Shown: positions 10,213 to 18,719 of the stretch, piece after piece
Numbering within the stretch: the stretch's first letter is position 1
Layout: each line of letters opens with the position of its first letter
Assembly: GCA_964556365.1 (NCBI GenBank)
Contig: CAZKVT010000001.1
Coordinates: 71,158-135,157 of the forward strand
From: an uncultured bacterium
GTDB lineage: Bacteria > Hydrothermota > UBA3072
Length of the DNA: 64,000 bases
Reading direction: 5' to 3'
Made by a program: the position numbers and the translations under genes
The notes under the pieces: generated by a model
Told to the model about the DNA's origin: nothing
The model's database searches: none
What the model saw: only the letters and a program-made list of their open reading frames with translations

Positions 10213-10655
10213 AAGTAGTCGGAGTTATCGGCGGAGCTAAAATCTCAAAAGATATTTACGATCTTAGCCGCAGAATGGGAAACTTAATCGGAGAAAGAAA
10301 GTACGTTCTTATAACAGGTGGATTGGGAGGAGTGATGGAAGCAGTTTCAAGAGGAGCAAAGGAAAAAGGAGGATTGGTTATTGGAATACTACCCGGCAAT
10401 TCCGGAGCCTCTGCTAATAAATGGGTAGACGTTCCGATAGTAACAGGAATGAGCCACGCTCGAAACGTAATCATAGCCGGGAGCGCGGATATATTGATAG
10501 CAATCGACGGTTCTGTGGGCACACAAAGTGAAATCGCTTTTGGCAATATATACCGAAAGAAAATAATAGGAATAAAATGCAAAATACCCCTTCCTTTTGA
10601 AGAAGCCGATTCCCCGGAAGAAGCGATAGAAAAAGTAGACCAGTTCTTTAGCTAA
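10209..10655 (+). CDS. TIGR00725/LOG-like Rossmann-fold protein
   Basis: VIGGAK...LITGGLGGVMEAVSRGAKEKGGLVIGILP...GSVGTQSEIA. Confidence 0.7.
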   Translation: MKVVGVIGGAKISKDIYDLSRRMGNLIGERKYVLITGGLGGVMEAVSRGAKEKGGLVIGILPGNSGASANKWVDVPIVTGMSHARNVIIAGSADILIAIDGSVGTQSEIAFGNIYRKKIIGIKCKIPLPFEEADSPEEAIEKVDQFFS

Positions 10656-10686
10656 TTTCACCACAAAGCACACAGAAAACTTAAGA

Positions 10687-10770
10687 GTTAGGTAATTGGA
10701 TGGTTAGGATGTTAGGTGGTTTAAAAAGAGTCCGAGCCAACGATCCCACAATCCAACGAACCAACTAAAA
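10687..10770. repeat. About 84-nt composite intergenic element, copy 1 (GTTAGG-word arm / GTTTAAAA core / CCAACG-word arm)
   Basis: Shares roughly 80% identity by eye with 43428-43511. Both copies end in ...ATCCAACGAACCAACTAAAA. Confidence 0.7.
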
Positions 10771-11174
10771 TAATAACAACAATATTTTTTTTCTTTGTGA
10801 TCTCTGTGTCTTTGTGTGAGAAAAGTTTGGTTGTGGGCTGGGCTTAAAAAAATTCCTAAAAATCTGCATTCATCTGCATCCAATTATTTGATTGGGAGTT
10901 AGATTTTAAACAATATATATTTTTCTCTACGTTCTTCGTGATTAATAAAAGTCTCACGTTTTGAGTTCCGTATTTCGAGTCAAAACAAAAACCCACACCA
11001 CCCATCTTTTAACAACAAATAACACAAATAAATTAATTCTGTTTTTTTATATTCGTGCTATTTGTGTAATTCGTTGTTCCTCTATGGTGGGGCGAGGTGT
11101 GTATTAAAATACATAATAAATATTTCGTGTCTTTAGTGTGTTTCGTGGTTGAATAAGGGGAGTGGTGTTTTCCC

Positions 11175-11202
11175 TTGACAACAATAAAAATTTCTCTATA
11201 TT
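11175..11202 (+). promoter_or_regulatory. Sigma70-like promoter upstream of hom
   Basis: TTGACA (11175-11180), 16 nt, TATATT (11197-11202), 33 nt upstream of the ATG. Confidence 0.45.
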
Positions 11203-11234
11203 TATTCGGAAATAAGAAATAAAAGGAGATACAA

Positions 11235-12260
11235 ATGAAATTGGCTCTTATCGGGTTGGGTACTGTAAATAGAGGTTTATTAGAATTACTTATTGAAAAA
11301 CAAGATTTTCTTTCAAAAGCGTACGGTTTTACGCCTTTAGTTACAGCTATTTCCGACCCTGTTGTTGGTTCGGTTTTTTCCGAAAAAGGAATTAATATAA
11401 AAGAGATATTATCTTTTCTGGGGAAAGAAAACAATATCAAAAATTATCCCGTAGGAATGAAAGGTTGGGATTCAGAAAAAACGATAAAAGATGGGGATGC
11501 GGATACGATCGTAGAAGCAACTCCAACCGATATAAAAACAGGAGAACCCGGTTTATCTTTAATTAGAACCGCGCTAAAATGTAAAAGAAATGTAGTCACA
11601 ACAAATAAAGGGCCCCTGGTTCTTGCTTACAGAGAACTAAAAGAACTTGCCGCGCAGAATGGCGTTCTTCTGCGTTTCGAAGGAACTATTCTTTCCGGCA
11701 CTCCCGTATTGAGTTTCGTCGAGTCTAATTGCAAAGGTATCGAGATAAAAGAAATCAGAGGAATAATGAACGGGACCGCGAATTATATTCTAACCAAAAT
11801 GGAAATAGGTCTTTCTTATGAGGAAGCTCTGAAAAGAGCAAAAAAGAAAGGTATAGCAGAAGAACAATCCGACGCAGACACAAAAGGTTGGGACGCTGCC
11901 GCGAAAATAGTTATAGCCGTGAACGTTCTTATGGGCGGCAATCTTAAATTTGAAGAAGTACCTATAAAAGGGATCGAAACTGTATCGGAAACGGATATAA
12001 TAAAAGCACTAAAGGAACGTAAACACTGGAAGCTTATAGCTACGGCAAAAAAGACCGAAAAAGGGATAGTCGCTTCCGTTGCTCCGGAAATTTTAAGCGA
12101 CCAGGACCCCCTTTCTAAGATTACCGGTTCAATAAACGCGATAAATTTTACCACGGATGTTTTGGGTAACGTAATGATTTCGGGTCCGGGCGCCGGTAAG
12201 AAAGAAACCGGTTACGCTCTTCTCTCTGACCTGCTTAATATACACGAATCGAGGAGGTAA
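11235..12260 (+). CDS. hom: Homoserine dehydrogenase
   Basis: N-terminal Rossmann LIGLGTVNRG, NKGP, and the GIMNGTANYIL motif. Confidence 0.85.
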   Translation: MKLALIGLGTVNRGLLELLIEKQDFLSKAYGFTPLVTAISDPVVGSVFSEKGINIKEILSFLGKENNIKNYPVGMKGWDSEKTIKDGDADTIVEATPTDIKTGEPGLSLIRTALKCKRNVVTTNKGPLVLAYRELKELAAQNGVLLRFEGTILSGTPVLSFVESNCKGIEIKEIRGIMNGTANYILTKMEIGLSYEEALKRAKKKGIAEEQSDADTKGWDAAAKIVIAVNVLMGGNLKFEEVPIKGIETVSETDIIKALKERKHWKLIATAKKTEKGIVASVAPEILSDQDPLSKITGSINAINFTTDVLGNVMISGPGAGKKETGYALLSDLLNIHESRR

Positions 12261-12262
12261 CA

Positions 12263-13738
12263 ATAAAAAAAACAAGAGAAAGGTGGAGTTCGAGGTCTTC
12301 TTTCCTTTTTGCCGTTATTGGTTCGGCGATAGGTCTCGGTAATGTATGGAGATTCCCGTACATAACTTACGAAAACGGAGGAGGGGCATTTCTAATACCT
12401 TATCTTATAGCTCTAATAACTGCCGGAATCCCACTTATGATTCTGGAGTATTACGTTGGGCATTTTACACAGAGCGCCCCGCCGATTGCTTTTAAAAAAA
12501 TATGGCACAGAGCCGAGTGGGCGGGATGGTTTGCCATATTACTTATATTTATTTTGTCAACATATTATGCTACTATTATGGGATGGAGCGTGAATTATCT
12601 TTTTCACTCTTTTAAACTGGGTTGGGGCAATACAGCCGAATCCGTAAGTTCATTTTTTAACAACGATATACTGCGGCTGTCAGAATCTCCTTCTGCTTTT
12701 GGCGGCATCAGACTTCCTATAATAGGTGGGTTGGCTCTTGTATGGCTGTTTATTTATTTGAGTCTGTTTAAGGGTATAGAAACATTAGGAAAAATTGTCT
12801 ATTTTACCGTTATAATTCCCTGGCTTATAATTATTATTATGGTCATAAGGGGGCTTACTCTTCCCGGAGCAATGGAGGGTATTAAATTTTATTTGACTCC
12901 CGACTTCTCGGCTTTGCTAAAACCACAGGTATGGCTTGCAGCGTACGGACAGATATTTTTCACGCTATCTCTTGCAATGGGAACTCTGATTGTTTACGCG
13001 AGTTATTTGCATGAGAAATCGGATATTACCGTAAATGCTTTTCTTACAAGCATAGCCAACTGCTTAACTTCTTTTGTCGCCGGATTTGCCGTTTTTTCCA
13101 CGCTTGGATATCTGGCACAAACGCTTGGCGTTTCGGTTAAGGATGTTACAACCTCGGGAATTGGACTCGTCTTTGTCACTTATCCCATGGCGATTAGTTT
13201 ACTGCCTGTCGCGGCACGTTTTTTTGCCGCTCTTTTCTTTTTACTTCTTCTGACGCTAGGCATCGACTCGGCTTTTTCTATGACCGAACCTGTGGTAGAA
13301 AGCATTGTGGATAAATGGGGAGTAAAGAAAAAATACGTTTTACCTATTGTTTGTGTATTTGGTTTTCTGGTGGGATTGCCTTTTACTACCAGGGCAGGAC
13401 TTTATTGGATTGACATAGCAGACCATTTCATTACCAATTACGGGATTACTGTGGTTGGTTTTCTTGAATGCATAGTTATAGGCTACGTACTTGGAGCAAA
13501 AAAAGCAAGAAATTATATTAATCAGGTCTCGGAAATGAAGATAGGTATATGGTGGGATATATTTATAAAATTTCTTACACCTGCTTTTCTTGGAACCTCC
13601 CTGGTTTTCCAGTTTGTAAAGCTGATAAAAAATGGGTACGGAGGTTATCCAATCTGGACGACCTATACAGGTTTGGGATTAATAATCGTTTTAGCTATAG
13701 CCGCTATAATTCTCGCTAAAAGAAAAGGAGCGGTATAA
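12263..13738 (+). CDS. Neurotransmitter:sodium symporter (NSS/SNF) family transporter; probable non-canonical ATA start
   Basis: The track ORF starts at M12437, but the conserved NSS N-terminus (RWSSRSSFLFAVIGSAIGLGNVWRFPY) is encoded in-frame upstream with no ATG/GTG/TTG. GAGGAGG lies 5 nt before ATA at 12263. Confidence 0.75.
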   Translation: MKKTRERWSSRSSFLFAVIGSAIGLGNVWRFPYITYENGGGAFLIPYLIALITAGIPLMILEYYVGHFTQSAPPIAFKKIWHRAEWAGWFAILLIFILSTYYATIMGWSVNYLFHSFKLGWGNTAESVSSFFNNDILRLSESPSAFGGIRLPIIGGLALVWLFIYLSLFKGIETLGKIVYFTVIIPWLIIIIMVIRGLTLPGAMEGIKFYLTPDFSALLKPQVWLAAYGQIFFTLSLAMGTLIVYASYLHEKSDITVNAFLTSIANCLTSFVAGFAVFSTLGYLAQTLGVSVKDVTTSGIGLVFVTYPMAISLLPVAARFFAALFFLLLLTLGIDSAFSMTEPVVESIVDKWGVKKKYVLPIVCVFGFLVGLPFTTRAGLYWIDIADHFITNYGITVVGFLECIVIGYVLGAKKARNYINQVSEMKIGIWWDIFIKFLTPAFLGTSLVFQFVKLIKNGYGGYPIWTTYTGLGLIIVLAIAAIILAKRKGAV

Positions 13739-13837
13739 TTTTTTCACGAAATACTTTTTTAGTCCCGCGGAAAATCTTTTATATTCTTAACATAATACAT
13801 AATATTCAGTATAATCAATAAAAAAAGGAGGACATAC

Positions 13838-14980
13838 ATGTTTTTAAAATGTCAAAAGTTGAGTTATATTATTTTTTCTGTATTTGCTTTTTTTGTTTTC
13901 TCTTCTACAGGTCTTTCTCAAGGATTAATAATCGATCATACATGTGTTAATCTCCCACAGATACCTGCCGAGTGGATCGATTCGGTTCAGGCAAATTGTA
14001 GATTGCATTATGCCCATACATCCCACGGCGGACAATTAACCTCGGGACTCGGAATGATAGAATCTTCCGATACCAGCTATAATTTTGCCAGAGCGGTGAG
14101 TTCTCTACCGAATGAAAATGGAGCTTTTTGTATATTCGACGGACAGGAATTTGACGACTATATAACACCCGATGAATACTGGCAAACAGGAGCCGGAATG
14201 GATTTCACGAGGAATGTTCTAAACAATAACCCGTCCATTAATTATTCGATGTGGTCCTGGTGCACACAGCCAAATAGCTATTCTGAAGAAGCAATTCAAG
14301 CATATCTCGATTCCATATCACAACTTGAAACCGAATTCCCTAACGTCACTTTTATATATATGACAGGTAATGCTCAGTCATGGCACGGGCATCACACATA
14401 TACATCAGACGCGAACGGATATAATAGATATCTCAGAAATGAACAAATCAGGCAATACTGTCGGGACAACGACAAAGTCCTTTTTGACTTTGGAGATATC
14501 GATTGCTGGTACGACAGCGATATGGATACTTCTTCGTATGAAGGAAATGTCTTCCCTCGTGAGCACGACCAGTACAATGTAAACGAAAGCGCTCATACCT
14601 CCAACTTAAACTGTGAGCATAAGGGCAAAGCCCTCTGGTGGATGATGTCGCGCCTCGCCGGTTGGGAACCGTCCTCCGGGATCGACCAAACAGGATTTAC
14701 TTCGGGTGACAAACTAAGGCTCTCTCTTGAAAAAGCTTATATCCCAAACATCAAAGTAACATATGAGATCCCAACAACCTCCATGTTTTCCTTAAAAGTT
14801 TATGATCTTTTGGGAAAAGAAGTCAAAACCCTGGCAAACGGAATAAAAGAAGCCGGAGTTTATACGGTAAACTGGAATAAAAGAGGAAACACCAATAAAC
14901 CTTTACCTTCGGGTATATACTTTATCCGTGTTGAAGCGGGAAGAGAAGCGGTAACAAATAAAGTATCTATTCTCAGGTAA
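13838..14980 (+). CDS. Secreted protein of unknown function with T9SS C-terminal sorting domain
   Basis: Signal peptide. C-terminus [14 protein letters not shown]...GVYTVNWN...[12 protein letters not shown] is typical of T9SS type-A CTDs. Confidence 0.6.
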   Translation: MFLKCQKLSYIIFSVFAFFVFSSTGLSQGLIIDHTCVNLPQIPAEWIDSVQANCRLHYAHTSHGGQLTSGLGMIESSDTSYNFARAVSSLPNENGAFCIFDGQEFDDYITPDEYWQTGAGMDFTRNVLNNNPSINYSMWSWCTQPNSYSEEAIQAYLDSISQLETEFPNVTFIYMTGNAQSWHGHHTYTSDANGYNRYLRNEQIRQYCRDNDKVLFDFGDIDCWYDSDMDTSSYEGNVFPREHDQYNVNESAHTSNLNCEHKGKALWWMMSRLAGWEPSSGIDQTGFTSGDKLRLSLEKAYIPNIKVTYEIPTTSMFSLKVYDLLGKEVKTLANGIKEAGVYTVNWNKRGNTNKPLPSGIYFIRVEAGREAVTNKVSILR

Positions 14981-15034
14981 ACTTAAAAAGAAGCTGAAGC
15001 AGTAATCGTAACAGTCTAAACCAGCGAAATCTTC

Positions 15035-17056
15035 TTAATGTAAAATAAGAAGAACTCCGCCGAGAAGTGTTAGTATTATTCCAAAAGCGATTTTTACGTG
15101 AAAGACATAACAGTTGCTTTTACCCGCCGAAGTTTTCATGCTTTTTATCTCTATATAAGGAGTCGGTGAACGACGATACCAGCCTGTAATTTCTACCTCT
15201 TCACCCTTATATCGCTTTGCTCTCAGTAAACCGAATAAGAAGTTCCAAACGCCAAGCGGTTGTCTGTAATCTAAGAATATTATACCTGTATCATCTTGAA
15301 GAACAAAATCCTCACTCCAGATGAGTCCCGGTACACCTCTACCTATAATTTTACCTTTTACAGTGCAGGGGACAGGACGGACTCCGGAAACTTTAACTTT
15401 CTTCAAAAGAGAAGAAATTTTCATCCCGGGGAAGAAAGAAAAGTTATAAGAAAAAAAAGTTCTCAGGAGATAAGTCCCCCCCAATAAAAAAACACCTAAT
15501 TCAAGGTATAAAAAATCTTGTTTTATAAAAAAGAGAACGGCGCTTAGGGCAATAGCAATCATAGGTAATAATACAATTATGAAATCGAGAAAGAAATCAT
15601 CCCAGTAACTTTCAGGACGCTTTTCGTTGAAAAGTATATAAGGAACTCTCCCTTTAGTTTCAGATTGCTTGCTTAAAGCAAGCAACCTATTGGCAATTAA
15701 AGGATGAGTAGAATGCAGTTCATAATACTTTGCCCATGGACTCCACATGTCCCATCTCATAACTCTTTGTAAGGTACGTTTATCCACGTCTCCTCCCATA
15801 TACCCCGGATGGTAAGAGGAAATTGCCAAAGACACCGCTGATGTGGGGTCGAATATTCCCATTGCTTTTACCGCCTCTAACTGAGGTCTCCTATCTTCTT
15901 TCTTCTTCTTACCTTTTCCCGCGAGACCGTAACCGATTTTAACGAGAGCGGAAGCCAGGTTGTTAGGATTACAATTTTCCCCCGCGAATCTATCGGCAAA
16001 AAATTCCCTTACACGGGAAAATCCAAGAACAATATATTCGGAAATCAAATAAAGAATGTATGAACCTATCGCGATTGAATATCGAATATGGACAGTTTTA
16101 TCTTTTCCTCTTGATTTAATTCTAATTAAACTACGGTAAACATAGTATAAAACCAGAGGAACAACGTAACAGATAGTCATGATAAGCATATCCCAGTGGA
16201 CGACATGCCCGACCTCGTGTGCTACCACCGCTTCGAGTTCCTTTTCTCCAAGCAAATCGATCAACCCGGAAGTTATGACGATTCTCGCGTTATTGGGAGT
16301 GTGTCCGTAAGTAAAAGCGTTCGGCGAACCATCGTAAATTATTCCAAAACGGGGAACCCTGATATTGCATTTAGGAGAAAGATCTTTTATGAAAGTTTGC
16401 AGATGAGAGGGCAATTTTTCGAGTGGAGTCCATTTCATTTTATACAAAAATCTTAAAGTTAAATCCATTATAAATGGAGAAAATATAAATTGTATAAACG
16501 CGAAACCGATTCCGATAATTAAAGCCAGATTAGGTTGAAGATAACCCATATTTACAAGCGTAATCAATATTAAAGAAAGTAAACCGTAAAGAAGTAAAAG
16601 GGTTACTCCGGAAGTAAGAGCCAAATTAGGTAAATGTAATGGAGGGCCCTTAGTTTTGTTGAGCTCTGACGGAAAAGTATTTTTATCTATTTCTATTTTA
16701 AGAAAGAAATTCTTTTCTTGTAAGAATTGTTCGAGTACTTCTTTATCGATCCAAACTCCGCCTGTTTTAAGACAGTAATAAATTATCATCTCATCTCCTC
16801 TTAAAGGAAGTTCACTAAGAGGAGTTTGAGTATGGGGATTAAATTTTTTAGATAGTCTGGATTTTTTTAATCCGTCTCTAATTCTCCAGCGGAGGAATTT
16901 AGGATTTTTTGTAAAATAAAACAGTTCCCCCCTATCCAGCCAGATACCTTCGCATCGCGGACAATAATTTACTACCACTCCGTTTTTAGTCATCACCGGA
17001 GTTAATTCAGTTTCTTTACAATTCGGACATTTCAAATTTTTGCTCCGTTTATACAA
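15035..17056 (-). CDS. M48-family (HtpX-like) zinc metallopeptidase with N-terminal zinc ribbon
   Basis: HEVGH motif (AHEVGHVVHWD), several TM helices, N-terminal CPNC...CPRCEGIWLDRGEL zinc ribbon. Confidence 0.75.
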   Translation of the reverse strand: MYKRSKNLKCPNCKETELTPVMTKNGVVVNYCPRCEGIWLDRGELFYFTKNPKFLRWRIRDGLKKSRLSKKFNPHTQTPLSELPLRGDEMIIYYCLKTGGVWIDKEVLEQFLQEKNFFLKIEIDKNTFPSELNKTKGPPLHLPNLALTSGVTLLLLYGLLSLILITLVNMGYLQPNLALIIGIGFAFIQFIFSPFIMDLTLRFLYKMKWTPLEKLPSHLQTFIKDLSPKCNIRVPRFGIIYDGSPNAFTYGHTPNNARIVITSGLIDLLGEKELEAVVAHEVGHVVHWDMLIMTICYVVPLVLYYVYRSLIRIKSRGKDKTVHIRYSIAIGSYILYLISEYIVLGFSRVREFFADRFAGENCNPNNLASALVKIGYGLAGKGKKKKEDRRPQLEAVKAMGIFDPTSAVSLAISSYHPGYMGGDVDKRTLQRVMRWDMWSPWAKYYELHSTHPLIANRLLALSKQSETKGRVPYILFNEKRPESYWDDFFLDFIIVLLPMIAIALSAVLFFIKQDFLYLELGVFLLGGTYLLRTFFSYNFSFFPGMKISSLLKKVKVSGVRPVPCTVKGKIIGRGVPGLIWSEDFVLQDDTGIIFLDYRQPLGVWNFLFGLLRAKRYKGEEVEITGWYRRSPTPYIEIKSMKTSAGKSNCYVFHVKIAFGIILTLLGGVLLILH

Positions 17057-17300
17057 TTATGCGCATTTTTGCCTGAATATTCAAGGGGGGGATAATCCTT
17101 CGGATTAGTTGAATGGTCAAATAGTTGAATGGTTGAATAGGAAAAACAAAAATAAAAACTCTGAGTGTAGTTATATTTTATTAAAGAGTACAATAAAAGG
17201 GTACATTGACTTGAAGTGTAAAAATCGTAAAATATAAGGGTGGCGATACTGGAATTTTCATGAGATTGGGCTATTTGTATAAAGATATAGGAGATTATGA

Positions 17301-18530
17301 ATGGGAAAAACATTTGACGCGATTATAATCGGAGCCGGGCCTGCCGGTCTGTTTGCGGCTCAGTTGCTTGCCGGCGGCGGGCTTACTGTGCTTTTACTTG
17401 AGAAAAACAACACTGCCGGGGAAAAATTACTGCTCTCGGGACAGGGACAATGCAACCTTACACACGCAGGCAGGATAGAGGATTTTTTCTGCCATTATCC
17501 TAAAAAAGAACGCTTTGTAAAGCACTCTCTGTATGCTTTTGACAATAATCGTCTGCTGGAGCTTTTTCAGACCACGGGTATAATATTTTTCACGGATGAT
17601 AATGGAAAAATATTTCCCCGTTCGAAAAAAGCGGCTGAGATTCGTGAGTGCATGGTAAATAACTGCCTCTTAGCGGGTGTTAAAGTAAAGTATAATGTGT
17701 TTGTTTCTAAGCTTGAGCGCCCGGGAGACGATGCCTATAAAGTATTCAGCCAAAAAAGTCATTTTACTTCGCGCCATCTGCTGATAGCCACCGGAGGCAG
17801 ATCATATCCGGCTACCGGTTCTACGGGAGATGGGTATAATTTTGCCAGACTTTTAAGCCATAATATAGTTACGCCCAGACCGGCCTTAGCTTCTTTTGTC
17901 ATAGATAAGTATCCTTTTTACAATTGCGCGGGGATTTCTTTTAAAAATATTAAGGTCAAACTTATTCCGCAAAAAACCCCCGCTGTAACTATGAGCGGAG
18001 ATATGCTTTTGACTCATAAAGGTCTTTCCGGACCCGTAATCCTGCATTTATCGCGCTATGCAAGCGATGGCGACCAACTACGAATTAATTTCACGCAGGA
18101 ACAAAATAAAGAAAAATTTAAAGCGGATTTTTTAAATGTTTGCTCCGAGGAACGCAGCCTGTCCGTAAGAACACTGCTCAAACGTTTTCTGCCCGAAAAA
18201 ATCGCCGACGCATTACTGGCAGAGGCGGAAGTTTCTACCGGCGCTGTACTATCTCAATTAAATAAAAAAAATTTACTCGATTTATGTACTCTGCTTTGCG
18301 AATATCCGCTGCGTATAAAAAGCGCGGGCAATTTTGATGAAGCTATGGTCACGGCAGGAGGAGTCGACTGCAGGGAAATAGAACCGCGGAGTATGGAATC
18401 GAAACTGCATAAAGGTTTGTATTTTATAGGTGAAGTACTTGATGTCGACGGCGAAAGCGGCGGATATAATTTACAATTCGCGTTTTCATCAGCATACGCG
18501 GCCGCGCAAAAAATTCTAAAAAACACATGA
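17301..18530 (+). CDS. HI0933/BaiN-family FAD-dependent flavoprotein
   Basis: DAIIIGAGPAGLFAA dinucleotide fold. C-terminal GLYFIGEVLDVDGESGGYNLQFAFSS is typical of the HI0933 family. Confidence 0.8.
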   Translation: MGKTFDAIIIGAGPAGLFAAQLLAGGGLTVLLLEKNNTAGEKLLLSGQGQCNLTHAGRIEDFFCHYPKKERFVKHSLYAFDNNRLLELFQTTGIIFFTDDNGKIFPRSKKAAEIRECMVNNCLLAGVKVKYNVFVSKLERPGDDAYKVFSQKSHFTSRHLLIATGGRSYPATGSTGDGYNFARLLSHNIVTPRPALASFVIDKYPFYNCAGISFKNIKVKLIPQKTPAVTMSGDMLLTHKGLSGPVILHLSRYASDGDQLRINFTQEQNKEKFKADFLNVCSEERSLSVRTLLKRFLPEKIADALLAEAEVSTGAVLSQLNKKNLLDLCTLLCEYPLRIKSAGNFDEAMVTAGGVDCREIEPRSMESKLHKGLYFIGEVLDVDGESGGYNLQFAFSSAYAAAQKILKNT

Positions 18531-18719
18531 AATTTATTTGTGTAATTCGTGCGAGTTAAGGTTTCGTGTTTTGAGTTTCAGGTTAAAAAAACAATAAAAA
18601 AAATCCTTTTAAATCTGCGTCCAATTATTGGGTGTGACTTCGGTTTTTTATCTGTGTTTTATCATTGACAATATTAAATTGCAAGATAAACTTAACAAAT
18701 ATAGGGGGTATTGTTCAAA

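Noticed and set aside
10656-11234. Considered whether the intergenic tandem words represent a second, degenerate CRISPR array or a structured ncRNA (riboswitch, 6S, tmRNA, RNase P).
   Set aside because: The repeat units are 8-11 nt with no unique spacers and no adjacent cas genes. I could not fit any known ncRNA consensus.
11033-11440. 135-aa ORF on the minus strand spanning the long 10.66-11.23 kb spacer and the hom start. Similar cases: 701-988 -, 17032-17313 -, 3008-3211 +.
   Set aside because: These are translations of word-repeat-rich intergenic DNA, they overlap the hom start or promoter, and they have no coding-like features.
12239-12437. Considered calling the NSS transporter a 5'-truncated pseudogene or a frameshifted gene.
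   Set aside because: The conserved N-terminal region is intact and in frame with no stop from 12239. A well-spaced SD precedes the ATA codon, so a non-canonical start (or a single-base sequencing error) is more parsimonious.
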